Assembly (NCBI GenBank): GCA_963721455.1
Contig: CAVRJG010000019.1
Span: 64,001 to 128,000 of the forward strand
Direction: 5' to 3'
DNA from: an uncultured Methanosarcinaceae archaeon
Lineage (GTDB): Archaea > Halobacteriota > Methanosarcinia > Methanosarcinales > Methanosarcinaceae
Length of the DNA: 64,000 nucleotides
Under the pieces are notes generated by a model. It was not told the origin of the DNA and ran no database searches. It was given only the letters and a program-made list of their open reading frames with translations. The position numbers were made by a program, and so were the translations under genes. Within the stretch, counting starts at the first letter, position 1, and each line of letters begins with the position of its first letter. Positions 1 through 9,874 of the stretch are shown here, piece by piece.

Positions 1-603
1 TGACACCTTTTTGAAAACCGGGATATCTTTTTTTATGCCCTTGAGCATGAAAAGGTCTGCAAATACATATCCTGCAATGAGCCCGACAAACAGGCTCACG
101 GGAGATACAATCCATTTTGCCAGCCCTATCTGAAACACCTTTCCTAATAAGGTATTTGAAACTCTGGCTCCGGCTATGACTCCAAAACGGATCCGTCTTG
201 AAAGCCAGTAGTTCTGCACGAAAAACAGGCCATTAAGGAAGACTATTATCGGAAGATAAATTAAATATCTTGAAGCTCCCGGCGCATTCAGGATAGAATC
301 AATATTTTCAGGAAGGAATAATATCCCGATGCCTGTAAGTAAAGATGTAAGAGTCACAAGTATGACACAGAGAACTACAATATTTACCGAATCTTCATCT
401 TCTTTTGGAAGTATAATTGAGAACTGGTATGAAAAAGTAGAAACTATTGCAAGAATGCCTGATATTGAGAGAATCAGTTGAAAAATCCCAAAATCATTTG
501 GGCTATAAATCCTGGTGATTATGGGGATGAGGAGCACACCCAGGGCCTGTGCAATCACGCTTCCTGATACCATTTTTAGTACATTGGTGACAAAGTTAGA
601 CAT
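1..603 (-). CDS. Oligosaccharide flippase / polysaccharide biosynthesis protein (Wzx/MATE-like); 3' end runs off the window
   Basis: Manual translation from ATG at 603: MSNFVTNVLKMVSGSVIAQALGVLLIPIITRIYSPNDFGIFQL..., a typical Wzx N-terminus with many hydrophobic helices; frame open to position 1. Confidence 0.85.
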   Translation of the reverse strand, partial: MSNFVTNVLKMVSGSVIAQALGVLLIPIITRIYSPNDFGIFQLILSISGILAIVSTFSYQFSIILPKEDEDSVNIVVLCVILVTLTSLLTGIGILFLPENIDSILNAPGASRYLIYLPIIVFLNGLFFVQNYWLSRRIRFGVIAGARVSNTLLGKVFQIGLAKWIVSPVSLFVGLIAGYVFADLFMLKGIKKDIPVFKKVS

Positions 604-1010
604 ACTTTTTCCACTTTCAAATTTAAGGATTTGTAACGAAATAACTTAGGCAAGAGACAATTTAGTTGAATTAAATCAGCTATCTTGCTCGTGAAAGTTA
701 TTTAATATATTCTTAAAAACTGCCTATGTTATTTCGCGGTGGGTCCTAAGCAAACGCCGGACAGTGGGTTATGTACGGATTTTTTATAAGATTATTATGT
801 AATATGAAAATTTTCTGTGACTTTTATTTTTTAGTTTCTTTTCCTTCTTTAATATAGCAAAAACCTTTCCATCGTCATACACATGAGCCTATCCAGGAGC
901 CTCGAACTTCTAGAAGAACTCTATCGGAAGTGGCTGGATGTTTACTCCGTAGCGTTTCGGATTAAAGATCTGCTAAAAATTAAATCTGAGGATAGTCTTA
1001 AGGTAGAATT

Positions 1011-2735
1011 TTAAGGCAATATCAAAAAGAATGCCCTCAGTGTTATCCTGAACGTTTTCCATGCAGGTGAAACCACCTGATTCCACAGGAATTTGTATTC
1101 GGGAATTATCTCGGAAATTGTCTCGGATATTGTCCTGAACGTTTTCCATGCAGGTGAAACCACCTGATTCCACAGGAATTTGTATTCGGGAATTATCTCG
1201 GACATCGTCTCGGACATTGAGGCGTATTCAGTGTTTCCGTATCTTCCTATATTGATTCGATTTCCATTGTTTTCAGGTTCTTTAGAGTAATCCGAGGAGG
1301 GATATCCTGCATCAATGCAAGGAGAGCTCACTTTGTCTTTAACCCAGGTTTTTCCATTCCACCTCCCAGCCGAAGATTTCAGGTGGTAATCATGGTTAGC
1401 CTGATCTGCAAAAAGCGGATCAACATGAATATCTGAAGCAGATGAACGGGTGTTCTTGTAATCTCCGCCAGTGTTGTTGTAGAAACAATTGTTTTCCAGT
1501 ATAAAGGAATGGGTTCCAGTCAGGTAATTAACCACTCCATTGCCAGTTCCTGCAGGCTGATATTTTCGTTGTTTAGTGTTTGAAATTATATTATTACGTA
1601 CAATTGTCGTGTATCCTGTACCTGGGGGTTTAAGATCTAAAGCAGCTTGGAGCGCCACTGCTGTGTGATAATTTCCATCAAAAACATTGTTTTCTATGAG
1701 GGTATCATAAAATCCGCTTGTTACTATACCGCCCAACCAATCATAAGTTGGATGCGTGCCACAACCATAGAATGTGTTGTGGTGTATGTAGACGTTCTTA
1801 GCTTCATCCTTTGAGTAAGCTTGACCATATGCTATGAGCCAGATACCAGGACCATACGTATCATAAATAGTATTGTTATATACCTCTATATCATCCATGA
1901 CGTATGGGCTCGACTCCCCAATATACTGGATCTGAATTCCTGGACCTCCCGCGTCTGGCTCAAATACTGTATATATAATGTTATCATGGAGTTTTACATG
2001 GTTTGAGTTGTAAATTCTCAGTGCAGAGTTCGTCTTGCATCTTACTACGTTGCCCCACGCTTCTACATTCTGACATTCGATTGCATAAAGACCGTCATGA
2101 CCAAGCTTGTAAATCCGATTGTCGTGGAATTTTACGTTTTCGCTGTGTTTTATCCTCAGCCCGTCTCCGTGGCTGTCATGCATGTACATATCATAAACCT
2201 GTATGTTATCACAGTTAAAGAAATTGATCAGGTTATAGTATCCGTCTCCTCTCATTTTTTCAGTGTTTCCGTCGTAGTTTCCGTTGATCTCAAAGCCCCT
2301 TATAGTAATATTCTGGTTTCCAGAACTACTCATCTGAGTTATTAGTGGCTTTTCCTGCGGCCAGTTTGCTTTGTCTTTAAGCTTGATTACGGCTGTGGGG
2401 TCCCCTTGCAGGGTCGTATCGTTCCCGATGAAAATATTGTCTGAGATAACGTATGTGTTGGGACCTTTCAAATGAACGGTAGTGAATTCCGGATTTTCTG
2501 CAACATATTCGAGAGCTTGATTTATCTCTACCTGATCATCACTCCCATCACAGGTGAAGTTTCCACTTCCATCGCCAGCTACATACACAGTCTTATTTGA
2601 TGGCTTAAGGAAAAAGTTGGAATCTATAGTATGGAAAATGAATACTCCCAGTGTGATCAAGAAAATGAAAATTACAATGAAAACTCCTATTTTTTTCCTG
2701 TTTTGCCGTACGTACCTAAGATATTTTTCGTTCAT
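1011..2735 (-). CDS. Membrane-anchored right-handed beta-helix (pectin-lyase-like, disaggregatase-related) surface protein
   Basis: 574 aa; N-terminal TM helix; 'VYVAGDGSGNFTCDGSDDQVEINQAL' start, Asn-rich PbH1 repeats, 'SPCIDAG...RINIGRYGNT' cap. Confidence 0.8.
   Translation of the reverse strand: MNEKYLRYVRQNRKKIGVFIVIFIFLITLGVFIFHTIDSNFFLKPSNKTVYVAGDGSGNFTCDGSDDQVEINQALEYVAENPEFTTVHLKGPNTYVISDNIFIGNDTTLQGDPTAVIKLKDKANWPQEKPLITQMSSSGNQNITIRGFEINGNYDGNTEKMRGDGYYNLINFFNCDNIQVYDMYMHDSHGDGLRIKHSENVKFHDNRIYKLGHDGLYAIECQNVEAWGNVVRCKTNSALRIYNSNHVKLHDNIIYTVFEPDAGGPGIQIQYIGESSPYVMDDIEVYNNTIYDTYGPGIWLIAYGQAYSKDEAKNVYIHHNTFYGCGTHPTYDWLGGIVTSGFYDTLIENNVFDGNYHTAVALQAALDLKPPGTGYTTIVRNNIISNTKQRKYQPAGTGNGVVNYLTGTHSFILENNCFYNNTGGDYKNTRSSASDIHVDPLFADQANHDYHLKSSAGRWNGKTWVKDKVSSPCIDAGYPSSDYSKEPENNGNRINIGRYGNTEYASMSETMSEIIPEYKFLWNQVVSPAWKTFRTISETISEIIPEYKFLWNQVVSPAWKTFRITLRAFFLILP
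1046..1219. repeat. 87-bp in-frame tandem duplication at the 3' end of the beta-helix gene
   Basis: 1046-1115 is identical to 1133-1202; the 29-aa unit ET(M/I)SEIIPEYKFLWNQVVSPAWKTFR occurs twice. Confidence 0.95.
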
Positions 2736-3150
2736 TTAGTATCCCTGTACCTTTGGATATTAACCCCTACAACTTGAAAAAAGTTATTCTCAGGAAGATA
2801 TTATCAGTAAAATTTCATGAGTATATTAATATATTTACATATCATTCACGGGTTTAATCTTTATTACAGATTTATTACATTTTACCTGCTTTTTAGTTTT
2901 TCTAAATTCATCCTCTGTACAACACGTAGATGATATGCATTGATTGCGGCTGGTACAAAAAGCTTACGTTCTTAAAGTTCCTTCAATTGTATTAGGGAGA
3001 AAATACTACACTGGCTAGGACTGCCGAAACTGCAAGGGACTTATTGATGAGAATAAATAAAAAATAAGTCCTGAATAAGGTAAAACTATCTGATTTTCGG
3101 ATGGCAGTACGAGGAATACATCTGGAAATAAATCCTTATATAATTAATTT

Positions 3151-3659
3151 CATGCGTCATCGGTTAAGCGTTAGATAATCACTTCTGTATGTGTTTTTAT
3201 ATCAATTATCTAAATATTAGTGCATCTATGTCTCCTCATCCCCCACCTACACTTGAAGACTCTCTTAGGGAAATATTTCCCGAAGAGTGGTTAAGGCAAA
3301 CTGCTAAAGAAACTGGTCTTATAGTACGTGAGCGTAAAATTGACCCTGTCATCATCTTTTGGGTTTTAACTCTCGGTTTTGGTGTACGCTTGCAGCGTAC
3401 ACTTGCCAGTTTGAAAAGAGAATATGAAACCGAGTCCAGTAAAACCATAAGCGACAGCAGCTGGTACTATAGATTCACTCCAGAACTTGTGGAGTTTCTT
3501 CATCAGTGTGTTATTCATGACATAGAAGAACTTGCAAAAGAACCTGGGAGGACACTTAGTAAAAAACTTGAAAACTTCCAGGATTTTCTAATTCAGGACA
3601 GCACAATTGTTCGTCTCCGCTCCTCTTTAGCAAACAAGTTTCCGGCAGCAAGAGCAAGA
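3151..3659 (+). mobile_element. Truncated IS4-family (ISH8-like) element: left TIR plus 5' third of the transposase
   Basis: Begins CATGCGTCATCGGTTAAG; ORF from 3228 MSPHPPPTLEDSLREIFPEEWLRQTAKETGLIVRERKIDP...IQDSTIVRL (first catalytic Asp); similarity ends after FPAARAR; no right TIR found. Confidence 0.85.
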
Positions 3660-4418
3660 ATCCCTTTGTTACTCAGTTTTTCAGGGTGTTAAGATCAGGT
3701 TGGTATAATTCATCCTATAGAGATACTTACATCCGTCCGACTAAACAAAAACTCAGTGGTATATAACGAAAAAGGGGTTTCAAGGTATGCTGTGGATAGG
3801 ATGAATATCACATATTTACATAAACCACATAAAACATCAAGTGATTAATATATAAATCAAGTTTGAAGATTGGTACTTTATCCGGTAAAGATATTTATTA
3901 ACACGGGCTTAAAGGAACTTTGAAACATTACAGCAACACACACCGATTACGAGGGAACATTTACGGTAACGTATGTGACCACGCAGACAGACGCCAACTT
4001 TTAGTTTGTCGCACCCTAACAATCTCCATAGTACTATTTTTCGTTGCCCCTGCCTCTTAATTGGAAAAAATCGGCAGTATACTTACATTTGATTAGACGC
4101 GCGTCTGTGTGAACAAGATGACAGACAGAATTCAGCAATGCTGCTATAATATCAGGCGACGACAAAGCGACATGAAAACAAACATATCCAGCTAACACGA
4201 CAAAACATCGTTATAAAACGCAAAACGTCAAAATTGTGGCTAGTCCCTATAAGTTAGCTATAGAGGACGAGTCGGTTTATGTCGTCGTCGCTTTACAGAT
4301 AAATCGAAATCTAACAAATAGAAAAACGATAGTTAGAAAACATATAGTTATATTTCAAACTATCGACTTTAGACAAGTAGGGCTGTCGTTTTATTGCTGT
4401 TCTGTGTCGTTGTGGCGA

Positions 4419-4563
4419 TCACAAATAATAGGAGAGGTTAAGTGCATAATCAGTGTATGAAAATGTATATACAGAAATCTTTGTGCCGCAAAACGGGCGT
4501 GGACGGAAGCCATAATGATAAAGCAGGGTATGGCATTTCCCGCACTCAACTAACCTGACGCAT
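4419..4563 (-). pseudogene. Possible frameshifted small zinc-ribbon protein
   Basis: RBS GGAGAGGTG then ATG; removing one C gives MVRLVECGKCHTLLYHYGFRPRPFCGTK... (CxxC plus degenerate CPxCG), 47 aa. Confidence 0.35.
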
Positions 4564-4929
4564 ATAAAAACACCTCTCCCGCGTCGAGACGTCTTCCTTT
4601 ACTCACCATTCCTTTTTCTTTTCTGGTAGTATCCAAAGAGGATTTGTTGCCTACATAATTATTTAGGAAGTTCCAGAAAGTTATCTATACTCTTTTCTGT
4701 TATTCGATTGTGAAAGGCTTTGCTCTCTATTCCACTTCCACAGGAAAAGCTTTCCTAAAAACGTACTACTTTTAAAAATATAACCAGGTGAAGTATTTTA
4801 AAGTGCTATTTTTATCCTTTACGGTAAACGTTTTTAAGATTACCCGGGGTTTGTATAAAAGTAGACAAGTCCCGTAATCTGTCCGGGCACATAAAGGGAG
4901 TGAAGGAAAAAGAGGCTTATTAAAGCCTT

Positions 4930-7062
4930 TTAATACTCAACTTCCGTGGATGCAATCTTCTCGGCAAGCCTCGACAATACCTCGGTCCTCATTCCTTCTA
5001 CAAACTTGATGCTGCCCACGACGAGATGCCCTCCTCCGCTGACACCTGCACCTTTCATTTCCTCCCTGAGCTCCCTGACAATCCTCGGAATATTCATAAG
5101 AACGCCTTTGGAACGGATGACAGCAAAGTCAGGACCGTAGCCGATGGTGACCACGGGTTTGCCCGGGTTCCTTTTGGTAAGCACATCGTGAACTTCTCCG
5201 GAGGTCTTTCCAGGTGGCGGGAAGGTGAATTTCTGGGCGTAGTTTTCAACGTCTATAACGTTCATGATAGTACCATTTACCAGTTTCTGAGACTTGACAT
5301 TAAAGAGGCAGACCTCAAGCTGCTCCTTTATCATGGTATTTGCCTGTTCGCAGAGCAGGGAAACCAGTTTTTTGTGTATATCGTGGTCACCCAGATCCAG
5401 GATATCGTCGATAATGCCCTTTCCACTGCTAAATCTCAGCCAGAACTGTTCATAATCCAGAGCCAGAGCCATCTCTTTCAGTTCTTCAAGAGTATAGCGG
5501 TCCGAGACCAGAGAGATGTACCTTCCAGCTTCCGGAGCCTCTGAACGGTCCCCTACTGCCGAAACCGCAGGGAGATGTTTTATTGTATCGCTGATGCCGG
5601 GATTGATCATACGAGCGACTTCAGCACAGAGCATTCCGGCAGTAACCCCGAAATCTCCTCCCACATGTGCAGGATTTGCGTGCCCTATCAGGTACTGGTC
5701 AACGATCTCGTCCGGGTGGTGATGGTCAATAACAAGCATGTTGATTCCATAAACTCTGGCCTGCCGCATGGAAGGGACATCCTCTTCGGTTGACCCGTTG
5801 TCCACAAGGATCACAAGCGGCATTTTCTGCCCGTGTCTGGAGGAGTCTTCAAGCGCAAAAGAAATGTCCCTTGTAACGTCTGCAAGCTCATAAAAAGGAG
5901 CTTTGGAAGGGGCACGCTTGTAGAAATAATATTCTGCATCCGCTCCACCGATTTCCGTAATAAGAGGCAGGATTGCCCTTTCAATTGCAATTGCCGAGGT
6001 TATTCCGTCGGCATCGGCATGATGCCTGAGAACGATTGGCGTTGAATGGAAAATCGCTTTCTTTATTTCTTTGGCGACATGGAGCATCCTGGGTTTGAGC
6101 TTTTCCATAATATCGCTTTCGACGAGGAAGGGAATATCAGCAGGAGTTGCCTTTTCCTCAATTACCTTCTCAACTCTGTCCCTGACCATTTCCTCCTTCT
6201 CTCCGGTCAGCAATTTCATGCTCATGACTTCGATCTGAATCTGCTCATCCCGCAGAGTCACTTCTCCAGTGATCGAAACAATCATCCCTACATCAATATG
6301 TGGGTAGGATCTTTTCCCGGCAATTTCAAAGGCTGCACAGGGGACAAAGCCCCCTTCGTCGCTAATAGTAAAAATAGTGGGCCCGCTTGTCTGCTTTACC
6401 TGGATGACTTCTCCTTCGATTCTGATTAGTCTGCCCTTCATACCCGGGTCTATTTCGGCTGAGTTTTTAAGTGGAAGCTCCTTTTCAAGTTCGATGGTTT
6501 CGTACTTTGTCAGGGTCTTCGGAATCAGGTCCAGCTTCCCTCCGACTTTGATGCTTTTTACCAGCACGATCACGGCATCCCTCACTTCAGGAGAGACCCC
6601 AACATTACTGGAGTGCATGAGCCCTCTTACATGGGGGTTAAGGTCTACAAAGACCCCGAAAGAGGCTTTGCTGCTCACTATACCGTGGTAAAGTTTTCCT
6701 GCCTCCACGTCCTTAAGGTCGCAGGATTCATCAAGGGCATAAACATACTGAGAACGGGAACAGGAATCGCATACTTCTTCCTCCGGATCCGCAGGTTCCT
6801 GAATACGCCCTCCACAAACCTTGCATGTATATATCTTTCCGAGCCCTTCGCAGGTTTCACAGGGAGTAGTTATTTCAAGAGTCCCAGTGCCCTTACATTT
6901 CTCACATGCAGCGCCACTTTTCAAGAGACTGTCAATATCTTTCTCAGAGATTTTCATGAAGTCAATAGATTTTGACTTGCCTTTTCCCTTACATTGAGGG
7001 CAGATATCAGTTGAAATAATTTCATAGCCACGCCCGTGGCAGTCTGGACATTCCTTACTCAT
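4930..7062 (-). CDS. Archaeal RecJ-like DHH phosphoesterase with DnaJ-type Zn finger and S1/OB domains
   Basis: CxxCxGxG repeats, S1-like 'FGVFVDL', HHADADG, DHH in 'IDHHHP', C-terminal 'GGGH'; ORF track starts at 7074, ATG at 7062 is more likely. Confidence 0.9.
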   Translation of the reverse strand: MSKECPDCHGRGYEIISTDICPQCKGKGKSKSIDFMKISEKDIDSLLKSGAACEKCKGTGTLEITTPCETCEGLGKIYTCKVCGGRIQEPADPEEEVCDSCSRSQYVYALDESCDLKDVEAGKLYHGIVSSKASFGVFVDLNPHVRGLMHSSNVGVSPEVRDAVIVLVKSIKVGGKLDLIPKTLTKYETIELEKELPLKNSAEIDPGMKGRLIRIEGEVIQVKQTSGPTIFTISDEGGFVPCAAFEIAGKRSYPHIDVGMIVSITGEVTLRDEQIQIEVMSMKLLTGEKEEMVRDRVEKVIEEKATPADIPFLVESDIMEKLKPRMLHVAKEIKKAIFHSTPIVLRHHADADGITSAIAIERAILPLITEIGGADAEYYFYKRAPSKAPFYELADVTRDISFALEDSSRHGQKMPLVILVDNGSTEEDVPSMRQARVYGINMLVIDHHHPDEIVDQYLIGHANPAHVGGDFGVTAGMLCAEVARMINPGISDTIKHLPAVSAVGDRSEAPEAGRYISLVSDRYTLEELKEMALALDYEQFWLRFSSGKGIIDDILDLGDHDIHKKLVSLLCEQANTMIKEQLEVCLFNVKSQKLVNGTIMNVIDVENYAQKFTFPPPGKTSGEVHDVLTKRNPGKPVVTIGYGPDFAVIRSKGVLMNIPRIVRELREEMKGAGVSGGGHLVVGSIKFVEGMRTEVLSRLAEKIASTEVEY

Positions 7063-7577
7063 TAATATCAACACCGGTGGTTCTTCAGAACCTACGTTTT
7101 CTTATCTACTTTTTATGGCTCAGAATAAGCTTTTGAACCTGAAAGCATTTATTGTTCTCTTTATCGGCCCTATTCAGCCCGAAAATCGATACCTTCCCAA
7201 TCTTTTCTTTCCCTGTCAATCCAATTTTTCCCTGTTTCGTATTTTCGTATTTAAGATATAAGTGTTTTCAGATGCAGTCATTTGTCAGAATCGGTCTGCA
7301 ACAGTACCTTTATATGTCCGCAACAACCAGACACCTGCATGTCTGATATTTAATCCTTCCTGAGATAGCTCCAAAAAACCTGAAAAACTGCAGTCCATGT
7401 AAAATCTGAACGTGAAAGAAATTATATAGTTTTTCAGATATTTAGAGAGAGGCAGAATGCAAAACTTTTAAATAATGAACACTCACATTAAAGATATTTT
7501 TTAGTGTGATCTCTGAGAGATTGCTTAATTATTATTGAGTTCAATTTAATATTAATGGAACACGAGGTCATAAAAGT

Positions 7578-8360
7578 ATGGTCGATTTCACCAGTCAATT
7601 ATTGTTTCCTGTATTAATAGTTATATTTTTAATACTTTCACAATCCATAAAAATGGTTAATGAATATGAAAGAGTAGTCATTTTCAGGCTAGGTCGCCTT
7701 AGCGGAGTGAAAGGACCTGGAATATTCCTGATTATCCCCATTATTGATAAAGCTATGAAAATAGATCTTAGAATTGTTGCAATCGATGTCCCTAAACAGG
7801 CAGTTATCACCAAGGATAACGTCACAGTTGAAGTGGATGCTGTTGTCTATTACAAGGTAGTGGAACCTGGAGCTGCTATTACACAGGTTGAAAATTATAT
7901 GTTTGCAACTTCTACTCTTTCACAGACCACACTCAGGGACGTGCTGGGTCAGATGGAACTTGACGAACTGCTTTCGGAGAGAGAGAGTATTAACAAGCAG
8001 ATACAGGAACTTCTGGATGCATATACTGACCCGTGGGGGATCAAAGTTACAGGGGTCACGATCAGGGACGTAGCCCTGCCTGAAAATATGAAGAGAGCAA
8101 TTGCTAAACAGGCTGAAGCTGAAAGGGAGAAGCGTGCCAGGATTATCCTTGCGGAAGGAGAATCTCAGGCTGCCCAGAAAATGGTGGAAGCTGCCACTCT
8201 CTATCAGGGAGCACCTACAGCAATCAAACTGAGGGAACTGCAGACTCTTGCCGAGATTGCCAGGGAAAAGAACCTCATAGTGGTTACGCAATCCCAACCT
8301 CTTGAAACCGGGAATATAGCGGCTTTATCTCAGGCAATTTCAAGAAAGAAAGAACAATAA
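7578..8360 (+). CDS. SPFH/band-7 (stomatin-like) membrane protein
   Basis: N-terminal TM, 'YERVVIFRLGR', 'ITKDNVTVEVDAVVYY', 'AKQAEAEREKRA'. Confidence 0.93.
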   Translation: MVDFTSQLLFPVLIVIFLILSQSIKMVNEYERVVIFRLGRLSGVKGPGIFLIIPIIDKAMKIDLRIVAIDVPKQAVITKDNVTVEVDAVVYYKVVEPGAAITQVENYMFATSTLSQTTLRDVLGQMELDELLSERESINKQIQELLDAYTDPWGIKVTGVTIRDVALPENMKRAIAKQAEAEREKRARIILAEGESQAAQKMVEAATLYQGAPTAIKLRELQTLAEIAREKNLIVVTQSQPLETGNIAALSQAISRKKEQ

Positions 8361-8385
8361 AGCCGAAAAAAAAATCTGAAGGAAA

Positions 8386-9717
8386 GTGATAAGCAGCAAA
8401 GGACCGATAAACATGGTTGCGGAAAGGGCTCCACATTTCCTATCTATTTTTTTTCTGTGCATCATCCTCACAGCTTTTTTTGCACCCGTTGCTGGTGCAG
8501 GGCCTGACAATAAGGTGCTTGTGCTTGAAATTTCCGAAGCCATCACCCCGGCTTCAGATGATATTGTAGCGGATGCGATAGAAAAAGCTGAAAACGAAAA
8601 CTTTGAGGCTCTCGTAATCAGCCTGGATACCCCAGGGGGAGGGCTGGAGGAGACCCAGATCATCATAAAGGACATTGAGAACACGAGCGTGCCTGTTATC
8701 GGATATGTACCGGAGAGTGGGAAAGCGTGGTCAGCCGGTACTCTCATTCTTATGGGAACCGATATTGCTGCAATGGCCCCTTTCACGGTTATAGGTTCAG
8801 CCCAGCCCGTGCAGATATCCGCAGAAGGGATAAAACCCATAAAAGATGAAAAAATAATAAACGCCCTTGTCAAGTTTTCGGTTGCAACAGCCAGCAAGCA
8901 TGGGAGAAACGAGACATTTGCAGAAGAGGTCATAACGAAAAACAAAAACCTTGACGCCCAGGAAGCCCTGGAAACAGGCGTAATAGAATATATAGCTCCT
9001 TCTATCCCGAATCTGCTGGCCCGGACTGACGGGCAGCATGTAAAAGAAAGAACCCTGCAAACCGAAAATGCGAGCACGGAAGATTATGAACCTCCCCTAT
9101 CTCTTTCCATTCTAAGGCTCGTTTCAAACCCCATGATCTCATCCCTTCTTTTGACCATCGGCCTCTATGGGATCATTTTTGGGATTTCAAGTCCCGGAGC
9201 CGGAGCAGAATTGTTCGGGATTATTGCAATCATACTCGGACTGATAGGCACAGGATTTGATATCAATATCGGGGCATTCTTCCTCATTATTTTAGGGATA
9301 GCACTTCTGTTTCTTGAAATTAAGATGCCCGGATTCGGCATCTTCGGGCTTGCCGGCCTTATTAGCCTGATAATAGGTAGTATATTTCTTTTACCTATGG
9401 GAGGTGAAAACATTTACAGTCCCGAATTCAGAAGGCTTCTAACCCTGACCGTTGTCGCCCCTACGATTGTCTTCGGGCTGTTCCTGGTTTTTGCAGTCTA
9501 CAAAGTAACCGAGATAAGGAAGAAAAAGCCGGTTATAGGGGAGATCATAGGGGATACTGCTCAAACAATAGATCCTGTAGGGCCTGGAAAAACGGGATTC
9601 GTCCGCTATAAAGGAGAGTATTGGAAAGCCCGTTCGGAAGAAGAAATCGAACCGAAGGTAGAAGTCGAAATAACTGGAAAAGTAAGGGAAGTGCTCTTAG
9701 TGAAAAGAAAAATGTAA
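8386..9717 (+). CDS. nfeD: NfeD-family membrane-bound ClpP-class serine protease
   Basis: 'LDTPGG', 'AWSAG', 'IGSAQP', TM region, C-terminal OB domain 'GEYWKARS'; canonical neighbour of SPFH; alternative start 8413. Confidence 0.9.
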   Translation: MISSKGPINMVAERAPHFLSIFFLCIILTAFFAPVAGAGPDNKVLVLEISEAITPASDDIVADAIEKAENENFEALVISLDTPGGGLEETQIIIKDIENTSVPVIGYVPESGKAWSAGTLILMGTDIAAMAPFTVIGSAQPVQISAEGIKPIKDEKIINALVKFSVATASKHGRNETFAEEVITKNKNLDAQEALETGVIEYIAPSIPNLLARTDGQHVKERTLQTENASTEDYEPPLSLSILRLVSNPMISSLLLTIGLYGIIFGISSPGAGAELFGIIAIILGLIGTGFDINIGAFFLIILGIALLFLEIKMPGFGIFGLAGLISLIIGSIFLLPMGGENIYSPEFRRLLTLTVVAPTIVFGLFLVFAVYKVTEIRKKKPVIGEIIGDTAQTIDPVGPGKTGFVRYKGEYWKARSEEEIEPKVEVEITGKVREVLLVKRKM

Positions 9718-9874
9718 CTCTTCCCTCGTTTCCGGCTCAATCTCTTTTTTGATTTTTACTTTAGTTTACTGATTCATTTATTCCAGGGCTCAAACTGTTA
9801 GAACTTAACCTGATTTAAGACCTGCCCGGGTTGGTATTTAACCTGGTTTAAGGTTTACCTGGTGTTATTTTGGA

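Noticed and set aside
883-1014. 43-aa plus-strand ORF MSLSRSLELLEELYRKW...
   Set aside because: No clear RBS or recognisable motif
3660-4650. Segment being a reversed or complemented (artefactual) coding sequence
   Set aside because: The reversed and complement-only frames I read contained frequent stops and did not continue the transposase
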